From positions 22,940,001-23,004,000 of the forward strand of contig OX597824.1 of assembly GCA_951406725.2 (NCBI GenBank): a stretch of DNA of 64,000 bases, in the 5' to 3' direction. Below are positions 25,612 through 39,485 of this stretch, piece after piece (position 1 is the stretch's first letter; each line of letters starts with the position of its first letter). The notes beneath the pieces are model-generated. The model did no database searches. It was not told the origin of the DNA and worked only from the letters and a program-made list of their open reading frames with translations. Origin of the DNA: Octopus vulgaris. Lineage: Eukaryota. The translations under genes were made by a program, and so were the position numbers.

Positions 25612-25758
25612 ATATATATATTTTTTTACAAATAAGCAACACTCTGTATTAATTTTTACGGTTCATAGGATCATAGTCAAGATGGGTTCGTCATTCATAC
25701 GTGCCATCCTTGCTACATTCACCCATCTTTTTTTAAAACATTTGCTAGACAAATAGAT

Positions 25759-25791
<33 letters not shown>

Positions 25792-25892
25792 CATACATAC
25801 ATACATACATACATACATACATACATACATACATACATACATACATACATACATGTATACATACATACATACATATATGTATATATATATAT

Positions 25893-26186
25893 ATCATCAT
25901 CATCATCATCATCGTTTAACGTCCGTTCTCCATGCCAGCATGAGTTGGACGGTTCGACCGGGGATCTGGGAAGCCAGAAGGCTGCACCAGGCTCCAGTCT
26001 TTTCTGGCAATGTTTCTACAGCTGGATGCCCTTCCTAACGCCAACCACACCGTGAGTGTAGTGGGTGCTTTTTACGTGCCACCCGCACAGGTGCCAGGCG
26101 AGGCTGGCAACGGCCACGGTCGGATTGGTGCATTTTACGTGCCACCGGCACGGAAGCCAGTCGAGGTGCCACTGGCTTCGGCCAGG

Positions 26187-26188
<2 letters not shown>
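25893..26188 (-). mobile_element. SINE-like 3' part with (GAT)n tail
   Basis: Minus strand ggttggcgttaggaagggcatccagc...catggagaacggacgttaaacgatgatg. The same tail occurs at ~10402-10530 (+). Confidence 0.65.
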
Positions 26189-26253
<65 letters not shown>

Positions 26254-26602
26254 AATTATAGCAGAAGACAGCTGCCGAATGTGTCGTACTATGGAACTGA
26301 ACCCGAAACCATATTCTTGTAACGCGAAATGCTTCACCACATAGCCCCATACACACACACATCATTATATCACAGTCAGATGTTGCTATACCTCGCTGGT
26401 CACAATGCGTTTCATCGCATTGTAGATTTTGAATGATGACACCCTGCTGGCTGACCGGGCAGCGCAAACATTTTCCCATTTACAGCCGAATGAACTGGGG
26501 TAACGTGAAATGAAATGTTTTTCACTCCAAAACATAAACACTTCACCAATCTGGGAATCGAAACCTCGACCATGCGGTCGTGAGTGCTGCAGCCTAATTA
26601 CA

Positions 26603-26648
<46 letters not shown>

Positions 26649-26959
26649 CGACTGTTCGTGCGTGTGTGTGTGTGTTAATGTAGGCATGTATGTGAAAGGA
26701 TGTGATATAAAACTATGTATATGTGCGTGTGTATAGAGGAGATACAAATACGGTAAACACGTAGAAATGGTTTGTATACACACATAAATACGTATTTGTG
26801 TATATATACATTTATACGCACATACATACACATACACACACATACATACACACACATACATGCATACATACATATACATGCGCGCGTGTACGTGTGTGTG
26901 TGTGTGTTGGCGATGCAAACAGAGATAATAGAATTTTATATATACATATACATATATCC

Positions 26960-27264
26960 CCGTGATCACCGTGACGACCAGGCTATCAGATGTTGCTACA
27001 CATCGCTGGTCACAGTGCGCTTCGCATTGTTTTAGCCTTCAAATGACGCCACCCCGCTGGCTAAGCGAGCAGGCCAACTGAAGAAAGAGTGAGAGAAAGC
27101 TGTGGAAAAAGAGTACAGCAGGGATCGCCACCACCCCCTGCCGGAGACTCGTGGAGCTTTAGGTGTTTTCGCTCAATAAACACTGACAACGCCCGGTCTG
27201 AGAATCGAAACCGCGATCCTACAACCGCCAGTCCGCTGCCCTAACCACTGGGCCATTGCGGCTC

Positions 27265-27267
<3 letters not shown>
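26960..27267 (-). mobile_element. SINE-C head with tail 2
   Basis: Head and left arm as at 48236, with a different 3' part that is also seen at ~26375-26465. Confidence 0.8.
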
Positions 27268-27296
<29 letters not shown>

Positions 27297-27409
27297 CATA
27301 TGAATAGATAGATAGATAGATAGATAGATATATGTATATGTGTGTATCTTTCTATCTATCATTCTATCTATCTATAACACACACACATATATATATATAC
27401 ATACACACA

Positions 27410-27483
<74 letters not shown>

Positions 27484-27508
27484 GCTATCCATCTATCTAT
27501 CTATCTAA

Positions 27509-27591
<83 letters not shown>

Positions 27592-27705
27592 CATGTATAT
27601 ATGTGTATATATTAATATAGACAGCGGTATGCAATGTTTTATCAAAAAGGAAAACTATAATTGTCATTAAATTTGAGTAGGGTGTTAGAACACCTACCTT
27701 GCTAG

Positions 27706-27758
<53 letters not shown>

Positions 27759-28232
27759 CATATATATATATATACCTATTTATCTATATATAAGTGTGTG
27801 TTTATTAAACATGTGTGTGTGTGTTTGTGCATGCATGCATGTATGTATGTATGTGTGTATGTATGTATGTATGTATGTATGTATGTATGGATTGATGGCT
27901 GAATGGACGGACGGACGTATTTATTTCCAAGCGTCTGCAAGTATCTGGGTGTCTGTACATGTGCTAATGCACAAATAAATACAACAATATTTAAACGATT
28001 CTTCTTCGCTTTTTTTTTTCTCCCCCCCCCTTTATTTGTAATCGTAAAAATGTTGCAAGCGAAAGTGAGCGACTGTCTGTTGCAGAGACCACTAGACAGC
28101 TTAGCCATATTGTAATGTCATCACGTGTTCACACAGGAAGCTATTCCAGATTTCAAGGACATTGCTCTACAAATCACAGACTTTCTATTTTTCCTACCGA
28201 TTCTATTTTCGTTTGTGTTTGTTCCTCTGCTG

Positions 28233-28299
<67 letters not shown>

Positions 28300-28330
28300 G
28301 CTACTACTACTGCTACTACCACTGCTGCTG

Positions 28331-28390
<60 letters not shown>

Positions 28391-28667
28391 TTATTATTAT
28401 TATTATTATTACTATTGCTGTTAATATTATTATTATTATTGTTATTATTATTATTATTGTTATTATTGTTATTATTGCTTTTGTTGTTGTTATTATTATT
28501 ATTATTATTATTATTGTTATTGTTATTATTATTGTTATTATTGTTATTATTGCTTTTGTTGTTGTTGTTATTATTATTATTATTATTATTGTTATTGTTG
28601 CTGTTGTTATTATTATTATTATTGCTGTTGTTGTTGTTGTTGCCGTTGTTATTATTATTATTATTAC

Positions 28668-28739
<72 letters not shown>

Positions 28740-28752
28740 CATTATTATTATT

Positions 28753-28794
<42 letters not shown>

Positions 28795-28816
28795 ATTATT
28801 ATTATTATTATTATTA
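28233..28816. repeat. (TAC)n/(TAT)n/(TGT)n compound microsatellite
   Basis: Read directly. Confidence 0.95.
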
Positions 28817-29116
28817 ATGTTGTTAGTCTTTTTTGTTGGTGAGATTTTTAGTCGCTTGTTTAAGACAGAAATAGCCTCAATGACTTGGTTTACTATTTGT
28901 ACTATGTATGCAATCACTCGCACACACACACACACACACACATACATACACACATGTAAGTAGGAAAGAGAGAAAGAGAAACAAGTATGCACGGATGTAT
29001 ATACGTATAGAAATAAAAGAAAAACTCAATATATAAAGCATTGTGTGTTTGTGCATGGGTGTACATGTATGTGTGTGTGTATGTTTATACACACGTATAT
29101 ATATACACGTATGCAC

Positions 29117-29154
<38 letters not shown>

Positions 29155-29206
29155 ACACGTATATACATACATGCATATAAACTCTATGTGTATATATACA
29201 TACATA

Positions 29207-29325
<119 letters not shown>

Positions 29326-30869
29326 CATAAATATATATATAGAGAGAGAGGGTAGGAGATAGAGAAATGGAGATAGATATGTCACACACAGACAGATACA
29401 TACACGCACGCACGCACAGAGATCCCCTGCGTTATGAAGGCAATATGTTTCTGTAAACCCGATGTTATGCAAACTCTCGTAATGCGAAATCAATTTCCCA
29501 TTTAATTTTCATGTTATAAAATGAAACAATGACATGAAACAATGACAATGGTAAGAAGAACAACAAACCAACACGGTCACTTTTATGCATGAAATTTAGA
29601 AGTTTTATCTTACGTTTTCTGCCAATCGTCAAATAAAATTTTGGTATTTAAAAAAAAAATTCTCATCGTGCTTATTGGTACATTACGTTGAATCTAATCT
29701 TCGACCCATAGACCCATGAGCCGTTCCATTTTGAGCAACATATTTGATCTATAAAAAAAATGAGACCTGAGAGTTAGCGGAATTGTTTCTTGAGTACATC
29801 ACTTAATTCATTCTTTGTTATCACTCTATTCATGGTTTTAATGTATTGGCAATATGGTTGATCTAATTCTCCTGCTTCAAACCTTGTTAAAACATCAAGT
29901 TTTTAATAGTCAGTGCAATCCTTTTGTGGTTTCTTTTCACACTGCTGACTTCAGTTCCACTTGAAAGGTGGTGATCAACAATTATGCAATGCACATCAAA
30001 TATGTATTTTTTTTGAAAAATAGCACCGGGAAATAAAACTGTTTTGTGAGAGCAAAAAATTATTGTCTTAATCCTATCGGTGTAAAAATGGAAATGACAA
30101 GATGAAAAGGTAAAACAGTGAAGTGGGAAAAAGTACTGTATGATTAAAGATAGTTGAAAGGTTACCAGATTCAAGAGCATTTCGCCCCTTGCACAACTAA
30201 CACGAGCCATAAAAATGCCACACTCTACTTACACACACACACAAATACACGCACACACATACATATATTCCCACACACAGAGATATACTGTTGTGCTGAC
30301 ATATAACATATGTAGCTACAGACATTGCTTTCTCGTTGATGCTATTATTGCAGCTTCCGGCTGGTTATTCAAACGTTGGTGGGCTAGTTGTGATTGCACT
30401 GGTTTTGCTGTCGGTGATATGCTGGTATTATTGCTGATGTTGGTGATGGGCATATTGTTCTTGCCAATAGTGTTGTTGGTATTTATCTCAAGTCAATCCT
30501 CATTGACACTCCAGTTTTTACAAGACACTACACAATCTTATGTGATTGTCTTTCATTTCAGATGGAACTGCTTATCGTGTTCATAGTACCGTTGCTGTTG
30601 TTGTTGGTCATTACATTGGCTGGTAATGGGGATGATTGTATTGGCTTTAGTGTTGATGCTAATTGTGTTAGATAGATAATGGTGATAGGGAAGATTGATT
30701 AATATCTATCTATCTATCTGTCTGTATGCCTGTCTATCTCTATCTTTCTGTATGAATGTATTATGTATCTATACGTATATATCAATAGATATATATACAT
30801 ATATATACATATATATACGAGTGTGCATGTGTGTATGTGTGTGTGTGTATATCAGTATACATTTTTCGA

Positions 30870-31080
30870 TATGTGACCGCGTGTATATCGTTGGCGATTT
30901 TCTTTCTCCGTCTTCCTTTCTTTGGACTTTTTCTTTCTTTTCTATGTTTCTGACGAAGAGCTCCGCTCGAAACGTTAAATCCTCCTTCTGTGTTTCCTTT
31001 CCTGAGCGTCCAATAAGACTATATTTATTCCACGTCCTCGCGTTGTTGTGTTTTCTCTTTGTTCATGTTTGGATTAACTA
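30870..31080 (+). mobile_element. PLE pseudo-LTR-like fragment
   Basis: Pyrimidine-rich, contains a minimal hammerhead motif, and ends at (TA)n. Confidence 0.55.
30946..30980 (+). ncRNA. Minimal type I hammerhead ribozyme motif
   Basis: ttt-CTGACGA-a-GAGC-tcc-GCTC-GAAA-CG-TT-aaa. Confidence 0.6.
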
Positions 31081-31082
31081 TA

Positions 31083-31125
<43 letters not shown>

Positions 31126-31297
31126 CACAAACATGCACACATATTTACTAACACATGTATATATGCGCGTGTGTATTGTTTATTAATGATGACACTAAGT
31201 AAATGACTCGGAGGTCCACAGCTTCGCACCATTTTGGGCACGAAATGCTAGATCCTTGATACACATACGTAAGCATATACACAAACATACACACACG

Positions 31298-31337
<40 letters not shown>

Positions 31338-32421
31338 CTACATATATATAACGAATCTCCCACACATACATACTACAGAATCTCCTCTAACTAGACACCA
31401 TATGTAAGCGTTATCTAAGTTTGATAAGATTATCTACAAAAAAAGGAACGAATATCAATCCACAAGCCATGAATCCACAAATAGTTTCCCCTTTACTAGA
31501 ATGAAGGACAACTCAGAATAACGAGAGTAAGGCATAAAAAGATTCAGAAACAAGCATAAAAATATTTATGCCCATCATCAGCTGCCAAACAGATATCACT
31601 ATGTTTTCGACACCTAGGCAGTACCATTCAATCTGGTGGTGTCAACAACATTAAAAGCATAAACGCTGCCTGAGAATCAAGAGTAATCAGCTGGAGCGGA
31701 ACACGAGCGTAGTAGGTACATTACGCAAACACTTGCTTAATACTACAAGTAATATCAAAGAAAACAATTAGAATTAACTTATAATTACAAAACAGTACCT
31801 ATATAATAAAGAAAAATGGATATTGTGATCCCAAAACTTATAATACAAAGGAATGCAAACTGAATATATTAAGGAAAAATGAACAACAACCCTTTTCAAT
31901 CTTGGATACTCGGCGTGATAACACTAGCCCAAGGAACGGCAAACCAAGAACTTAAAACATACAGACCATACAACGAACACAGACTACCTACGTTGTTTCT
32001 TAATCTAGCTGTCTGTCTGTTTGTCTATCTATATACAAACACACACACGCATACAGAAATAACTCTGAAGCTACAAACACACACACACGCGTGCAGACAC
32101 AAATGTATATATTTACATACGCACACACATACGCATACGTACACATACAAACGTATATATATATATATATACATCGTTATTACCATTGGGAAAAACGCTT
32201 CATCCCTTTCAAAGTGCAGTTGGCTACCTAGAGACTAGTCACAGACGACTAACGTTAAATGGAAGGTGTTATTTAAATCATTTCAGAACACCTGAAATTC
32301 ATGCAGCCTCTGCTTCACAGAAGAGCTCCAGGTCATCCACTTACCATATCCTAGTGTTAAACTTCAGTTTAACACTAGGATATGAATTACTTTCCACTTG
32401 ATGATAAATGACATGAGATAA

Positions 32422-33210
32422 GGTAGCGAGCTGGCAGAATCGTCAGCACGCTGGGCGAAATGCTCAGCAGTATTTCGTCTGCCGCGACGTTCTGAGTTCA
32501 AATTCCGCCGAGGTCGACTTTGCCTTTCATCCTTTCGGGGTCGATTAAATAAGTACCAGTTATGCACAGGGGTGGTCGATATAATCGACTTAATCCGTTT
32601 GTCTGTCCTTCTTTGTCCCTTCTATGTTTAGCCCCTTGTGGGTTATAAAGAAATAGGTATTTCGTCTGCTGATACGTTCTGAGTTCAAATTCCGCCGAGG
32701 TCGACTTTGCCTTTCATCCTTTCGGGGTCGATTAAATAAGTACCAGTTATGCACAGGGGTGGTCGATATAATCGACTTAATCCGTTTGTCTGTCCTTCTT
32801 TGTCCCTTCTATGTTTAGCCCCTTGTGGGTTATAAAGAAATAGGTATTTCGTCTGCTGATACGTTCTGAGTTCAAATTCCGCCGAGGTCGACTTTGCCTT
32901 TCATCCTTTCGGGGTCGATTAAATAAGTACCAGTTATGCACAGGGGTCGATATAATCGACTTAATTCGTTTGTCTGTCCTTGTTTGTCCCTTCTATGTTT
33001 AGCCCCTTGTGGGTAATAAAGAAATAGGTATTTCGTCTGCTGATACGTTCTGAGTTCAAATTCCGCCGAGGTCGACTTTGCTTTTCCTCCTTTCGGGGTC
33101 GATTAAATAAGTACCAGTTATGCACAGGGGTCGATATAATCGACTTAATCCGTTTGTCTGTCCTTGTTTGTCCCTTCTATGTTTATCCCCTTGTGGGTAG
33201 TAAAGAAATA
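32422..33210 (+). mobile_element. SINE-B tetramer (one full head plus four 184-187 bp units) with 19 bp TSD
   Basis: The block tctgagttcaaattcc starts at 32491, 32678, 32865 and 33049. TSD gataaat(g/a)acatgagataa at 32403-32421 and 33211-33229. The core gcctttcatcctttcggggtcgat..aagtaccag resembles the Meta/MESC SINE domain (from memory). Confidence 0.92.
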
Positions 33211-33419
33211 GATAAATAACATGAGATAAATTTAAATATTATGGAAACAATCATGGCTGTGTGGTTAAAAAGCTCGCTTTGCAACCACATGATTTCGGGT
33301 TCGGTCCCGGTATGTGGTAACATGACAAGTGTTTTCTCTTATATGTTTTCCGAGTAAGTGTGGAAGCCCGTTGTATATATATATATATATATATGGTTCG
33401 ACTACCATCCGTGCAACAT

Positions 33420-33845
33420 CTATATTCCTCCCTGTGGCTGTCAAATCTTATGTCCCTGCCGTAAGGCTTTATTTCCACACATGCCAGCTTAATTTCATTC
33501 GTCCTTAGTTGAAAGACACCTGTTGTTAATGTCCTGTTATTTGTATTTGTGTACCATTCTCCGTTTTTTTGTTTGTCCTTGTTTTCGTATACATTCGCTG
33601 CTTTCTTCCAAGGAATCTAGTGCTCTTAGCTTAGTTTTTCCTTGGAGCTGGCCAGATTAGAGCAATCTCGACAATAACCAGCCGAAATTGCAAAGATAAT
33701 ATGGAACTCGACTGAGGAAAGAAAACTCCGAACGACCCGTCCTTGTTTTCTTTGCATCGTCTGTCTGGATGTTTTGTTGACCCTATTTTGTATCACCTAA
33801 CTGTCTGGATGTTTTGCGTTTTTGTCCCATTTTTAGATTTTTTAT
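33420..33845 (+). repeat. Interspersed repeat family D; copies at ~45408-45700 (-), 48633-48920 and 49543-49830
   Basis: Shared ccaaggaatcta.tgctcttagcttagttttt...cgaaattgc...gaacgacccgtccttg. Confidence 0.75.
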
Positions 33846-33847
33846 AT

Positions 33848-34273
33848 ACTCTTTTACTCTTTTACTCTTTTACTGGTTTCAGTCATTTGACTGCGGCCAT
33901 GCTGGAGCACCGCCTTTAGTCGAGCAAATCGACCCCAGCACTTATTCTTTGTAAGCCCAGTACTTATTCTATCGGTCTCTTTTGCCGAACCGCTAAGTTA
34001 CGGCGACGTAAACACACCAACACCGGTTGTCAAGCAGTGATAGGGGGACAGACACAGACACAGACACACACACACACACACACACATACACACATATATA
34101 TATACATATATACGACGGGCTTCTTTCAGTTTCCGTCTACCAAATCCACTCACAAGGCATTGGTCAGCCCGAGGCTATAGCAGAAGACACTTGCCCAAGA
34201 TGCCACGCAGTGGGACTGAACCCGGAACCATGTGGTCGGTTAGCAAGCTACTTACCACACAACCACTCCTGCG

Positions 34274-34276
<3 letters not shown>
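33848..34276 (-). mobile_element. SINE-A full length
   Basis: Family match with TA flanks. Confidence 0.9.
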
Positions 34277-34328
<52 letters not shown>

Positions 34329-34732
34329 TGATGATGTAATTTCCTCGCAAGGGATTTCTTTTATAAAATCCGGATATCAACTGGTGTTATCAAATATATT
34401 GTAAAGAAAGTGCCGCAATATATTTAGATAAACTGAATCTTATATGTATTACTTTTTCTTTCATCGTGATACAAATAAAATTAACCAAGTATCCACTACA
34501 TTTCTTCTCCATTTCTTTTATTAACTTTATGAATAAATAAATAATATACATATACATGACTACATAATACATATATAGATAAATTCATGCCTATATACAT
34601 AAACACATGTACAGAGATTTCTGCATACATATCTACGTAGAAACATACGTAGATGCTTACAAACATGTATACGTAGATAAATACATGCACGCACACATAA
34701 AAATGTACAAAGACACACACACATACACACAA

Positions 34733-34766
<34 letters not shown>

Positions 34767-34826
34767 AGAGAGAGAGAGAGAGAGAGAGAGATAGGCATAC
34801 ATACAATGCATTTTTTGAAAACGTTC

Positions 34827-35385
34827 CACAACAATTATCACCACCATCAACACCATAATCAACACCACCGCCAGTACCACCACAACCACCACCACCACTA
34901 CCAAAACCACCACCACCACCACAACCAACACCACCACTACCACCACCACCACCACCACCACCACCACCACCACCACCACCACCAAAACCACCATAACCAC
35001 CACCACTACCACCAAAACCACCAAAACGACGACGACGACGACGACCACCACCACCACCACTACCTCCACCACCACCACCACAACCACCACCACCACCACC
35101 AACCACCACCACCACCACCACCACCACCACCACCACCAAAACCATCATCACCACTAAAACCACCACCACCACCACTACCACCACCACCACCACCACCACC
35201 ACCACCACCAAAACCACCACCAACCAACCACCACCACCAAAACCACCACCATCACCACCATCACCACCACCATCACCACCACCAAAACCACCACCACCAC
35301 CACCACCACCACCACCACCACCACCACCACCACCACCACCACCACCACCACCACCACCACCATTATCATCATCATCATCATCAAC
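34827..35385. repeat. (ACC)n microsatellite
   Basis: Read directly. Confidence 0.95.
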
Positions 35386-35770
35386 GCACAATTACCAGCA
35401 GCAGCAACAACAGCAACAACAGCAGTAATACCTATCAGTTGTTATATAAGATCAATACTGTTCTGTTCAGTGATGTCTGCAAGGTAAAATAACAGCGGCA
35501 GCAACTGCAGCAGCAGCACTCAAGAAGCTGTAAATGATGTACAGCAGCAACACAACCGCAGCAGTTATGCTATAAAAGATGTGCGACAGCAGCAGCAGCA
35601 GAAGCAACAGCAGCAGCAGCAGCAGTAGTAGCAGCGGCGGCGACAGTAGCAGCAGCAGCAGCCAAGGTGTAAGTGATGTGTCAAATGAAGGAGACTATTT
35701 ATTGTAAAACGCGGAAGACAAGGTTAAGACATCAACAGCTGAGACACACACGAATACACATACACACACG

Positions 35771-35813
<43 letters not shown>

Positions 35814-35844
35814 TTTCTGAGACAGATACAGATACACACCTACA

Positions 35845-35861
35845 TAATATAGATATGTATA

Positions 35862-35923
<62 letters not shown>

Positions 35924-35999
35924 TATATGTATTCATATATGAGTGCGTATACATTTGTAGATAAATAAATATATAGTATATACTATATAGTATAGATAC

Positions 36000-36030
<31 letters not shown>

Positions 36031-36100
36031 AATGTATATATAAATACATATGTATATATACACATGTATGCATATATATATGTATATATACACATGTATG

Positions 36101-36152
<52 letters not shown>

Positions 36153-36270
36153 TATATACGTATATATGCGTATATATATGTATATATACATATGTATATA
36201 TATATATATATATACATATAAATATATATATATATATACACACAAACTCCCATATATACATATATACATA
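35845..36270. repeat. (TA)-rich compound microsatellite
   Basis: Read directly. Confidence 0.9.
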
Positions 36271-36475
36271 CAAACAAATGTGTGTGTTTTGTGTGTAGTT
36301 GAACAGTTAGAAGCTTATATGTCTTTGTAATGAGAGCACTTGTGTACGTATTTGATCAATTAGAAATCCGCAATAAGTGAAACGTTAGCCGCGTCCGGCT
36401 AGAAAGGTGGTTCCTTAATGGTCTTCAGTTGGCGGAGAAGATTCTGGGTTTTCAAAGCCGTGGTTATTTTGTAAT

Positions 36476-36691
36476 CCTTTCTATAAGAGGCACAAGGACT
36501 GAAATATTTTGTGGGTTGAGGGTGTTGTTGATTACATCGATCCCAGTGCTCAACTGGTATTTGTTTTATCGACTCCGAAAGGATGGAAGGCAAAGTCGAC
36601 CTCGGTGGAATTTGAACCCAGACCAGAAAGACAGACGAATACTGCTAAGCATTTTCCCCAGCATGCTAACGATTCTGACAGCTCGCCACCT
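36476..36691 (-). mobile_element. SINE-B, alternative tail
   Basis: Family match. Confidence 0.75.
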
Positions 36692-36702
36692 TATGATGCT
36701 TT

Positions 36703-36798
36703 ATAACACGAGGTGATATACGGAAGAACTATACGGGGTTTACTGCCAAGGAATTCAAGGAAGAGTATAATGAACATCTAAGCTCTTTCAGGTCCTAA
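36703..36798 (+). pseudogene. PLE GIY-YIG endonuclease fragment
   Basis: Translates ITRGDIRKNYTGFTAKEFKEEYNEHLSSFRS*, matching the YIG.T...FK.RY..H..SF pattern. Confidence 0.55.
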
Positions 36799-37335
36799 AA
36801 CAAAACTTTTCCCTACCGTTTTGTTTGATAAACTAGTGACAAATGAGATGACATGAGCTTTAGCAGTAGACTTCCTACATACTCACGTGGATTACATAAC
36901 TGGGGGTTGTACCCTTCGGAAAATATGCATATTCTGAGTAATCCGTAGTATTTCTCTTTAGATAATCTGAGGTGATTGTCAATTGTCATCTTATCCAATA
37001 ATTTCTGCAAGATCAGTTTCAACCGACAAATTTGTAAAATGACACTTGGGAAAATCGAAGACTCGTTTTTGTAATGAAAAAGTAGCCCCTACGAAATTTC
37101 ATCCCCTAAATACACGGTAGTGGTTCTCATGATAATGGCCCTTTTACGGGAAATCACTAAAGCAATCTGCAATAATTCTTATCCTGTGACCTGATTCGTC
37201 CAACAGAAACTTGCCAAAGTTCATTAAAGAACCACCTGTCAAACCGAAAGCGGCCAAGACTAATTGGAAAAGAGACAATTAGACAAGCACTGAGGAGTCT
37301 GAATCTCAGAGTACTCACTATGAATATAGGATAAA

Positions 37336-37540
37336 GAGTAAAGACCCCCTTGGGTCATGAATGACCATGGGATTGCACCTAGAAAGTTACCCTCTGAGAC
37401 ACAATTTCGGGAAAGATTGTCTATTGGAGAACAGCAGTCGCCCATGCATACTACTCTTCCCTCTCCACGCCATTAATGTTTTCCAAGGGAAGGACAAAGA
37501 CCGATACAGTATGACACTTTTGACGTCGCAACTCATTTAT
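37336..37540 (-). mobile_element. SINE-F 3' part
   Basis: Homologous to 47262-47506: taaagacccc..ggtcatgaatgaccat...gtcgcccatgc. Confidence 0.7.
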
Positions 37541-37842
37541 TGTATATTTACTTAACGTAGTAATTAGAAAACATATCAATTAATCCCAGTCATCAGGCAT
37601 TCATCTTGTAAACAACTGTACATCAGGGTAAACAGTTTGTTTATATTTTCCTTAAGAAGATTTACTTTCGTGACTTCAGCGGCTGAGAGTTGAGGTAATC
37701 GTCCTTGATAATGACTTAATCAGATGAAACACGTATTGGTCGATGCCTTAACCTTTTAGCTCACGAATTTTCTTTCGTTCGTTCATTCAGAGTATATTTC
37801 TACACTGACACGAACTATATGATTCGTAAATATACCGTATAT

Positions 37843-38352
<510 letters not shown>

Positions 38353-38532
38353 TATATGATTTCAAGCCAAGCTCAATCTTCGGCTTCTTCTCGTCCCACC
38401 AAAAAATGGAAGCGCGAAAGGAAACGAACCTCAGCATGCCATCCAAGAAGGAGTCTGCACAGGCGTAGATGAAGCAAAGATTAGCTGGTGAGCCAATATA
38501 TAGCAGACCAATAGTTTGGTACTACTGGGATA

Positions 38533-38858
38533 CAGACCGGGCGTTGTGAGTGTTTATTGAGCGAAAACACCTAAAAGCTCCACGAGGCTCCGGCAGGGGA
38601 TGGTGGTGATCCCTGCTGTACTATTTCGCCACAACTTTCTCTCACTCTTACTTGCTGTTTCTGTTGTACCTGTATTTCAAAGGGCGGGCCTTGTCACTCT
38701 CTGTGTCACGCTGAATATCCCCGAGAACTACGTTAAGGGTACACGTGTCTGTGGAGTGCTCAGCCACTTACACGTTAATTTCACGAGCAGGCTGTTCCGT
38801 TGATTCGGGTCAACCGGAACCCTCGTCGTCGTAACCGACGGAGTGCTTCCATCCATCC
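38533..38858 (+). mobile_element. 5'-truncated SINE-C with 11 bp TSD
   Basis: TSD actactgggat at 38521-38531 and 38859-38869. Confidence 0.88.
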
Positions 38859-39179
38859 ACTACTGGGATGCAAGCTGCGAGTTGATCAACCTCGACTAGG
38901 TCAAGTCAACTGGGTGTGAAGGTCTGGTGTTGAAAGATCGGAGTCTCCCCGAGACTTCAGAAACACCACTGATGATGCATCCCAGACATCATCCGCGAAA
39001 TTTAGCTTTTTTTTCACCTTTACTCTTTTTCCACCCAACCTCCTCCCGATTATTTTCTCGTGATTTGTCTTGTATTGTCCTGATTCGTAACAACTTATAT
39101 AAGCCATGTGCTCTCAGAGTCCGAAGATTACTTGGAGACACAAGTTATAAAACCCTACTTAGGCTACGTCTCCAGTGTA

Positions 39180-39470
39180 TGAAACTATTTGTAGCTCACA
39201 AACTACGTACTTTGGAAATTACAGTGCACATCCGGGCAACCCAGCGGGACAGGGGGCAACCCCTTAGAATATCTGAGGCTATCCTCATACATCAAAGGAA
39301 ACCAAATATCAACAACAGAAGAGAGTTACACGAAGCTTGCTGGTTGCTGTAGCAACACTTTTTCGCGCATGTCTACTCTACACATGCTAACACACACGCA
39401 CATAGGAAACATTCGTTAATTTCTTGAAAATTGGGTCATAACCCCGAAATATTGAATGCAAGGTAAGTCT
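39180..39470 (+). mobile_element. PLE 3' end: GIY-YIG C-terminus followed by a hammerhead variant (39421-39456)
   Basis: LRISEAILIHQRKPNIN, then ttc-TTGAAAA-tt-ggg-tcataac-ccc-GAAA-TA-TT-gaa. Confidence 0.6.
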
Positions 39471-39485
39471 ATATTAATTCATATA

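Noticed and set aside
28121-28132. 12-mer tcacgtgttcac shared with 57046-57057 (minus)
   Set aside because: Many 12-mer coincidences are expected in 64 kb.
29887-30586. 107 aa and 123 aa ORFs as host exons
   Set aside because: No recognisable domain or convincing splice structure; the second overlaps a degenerate trinucleotide tract.
32422-33210. Regular repeats as a CRISPR array or satellite
   Set aside because: No unique spacers and no cas genes; the units are SINE bodies flanked by a TSD.
33708-33745. ctgagga...gaacgacccgtc in family D as a hammerhead
   Set aside because: Only GAA rather than GAAA in all three copies that include this segment, the CUGA word is not conserved, and there is no helix I.
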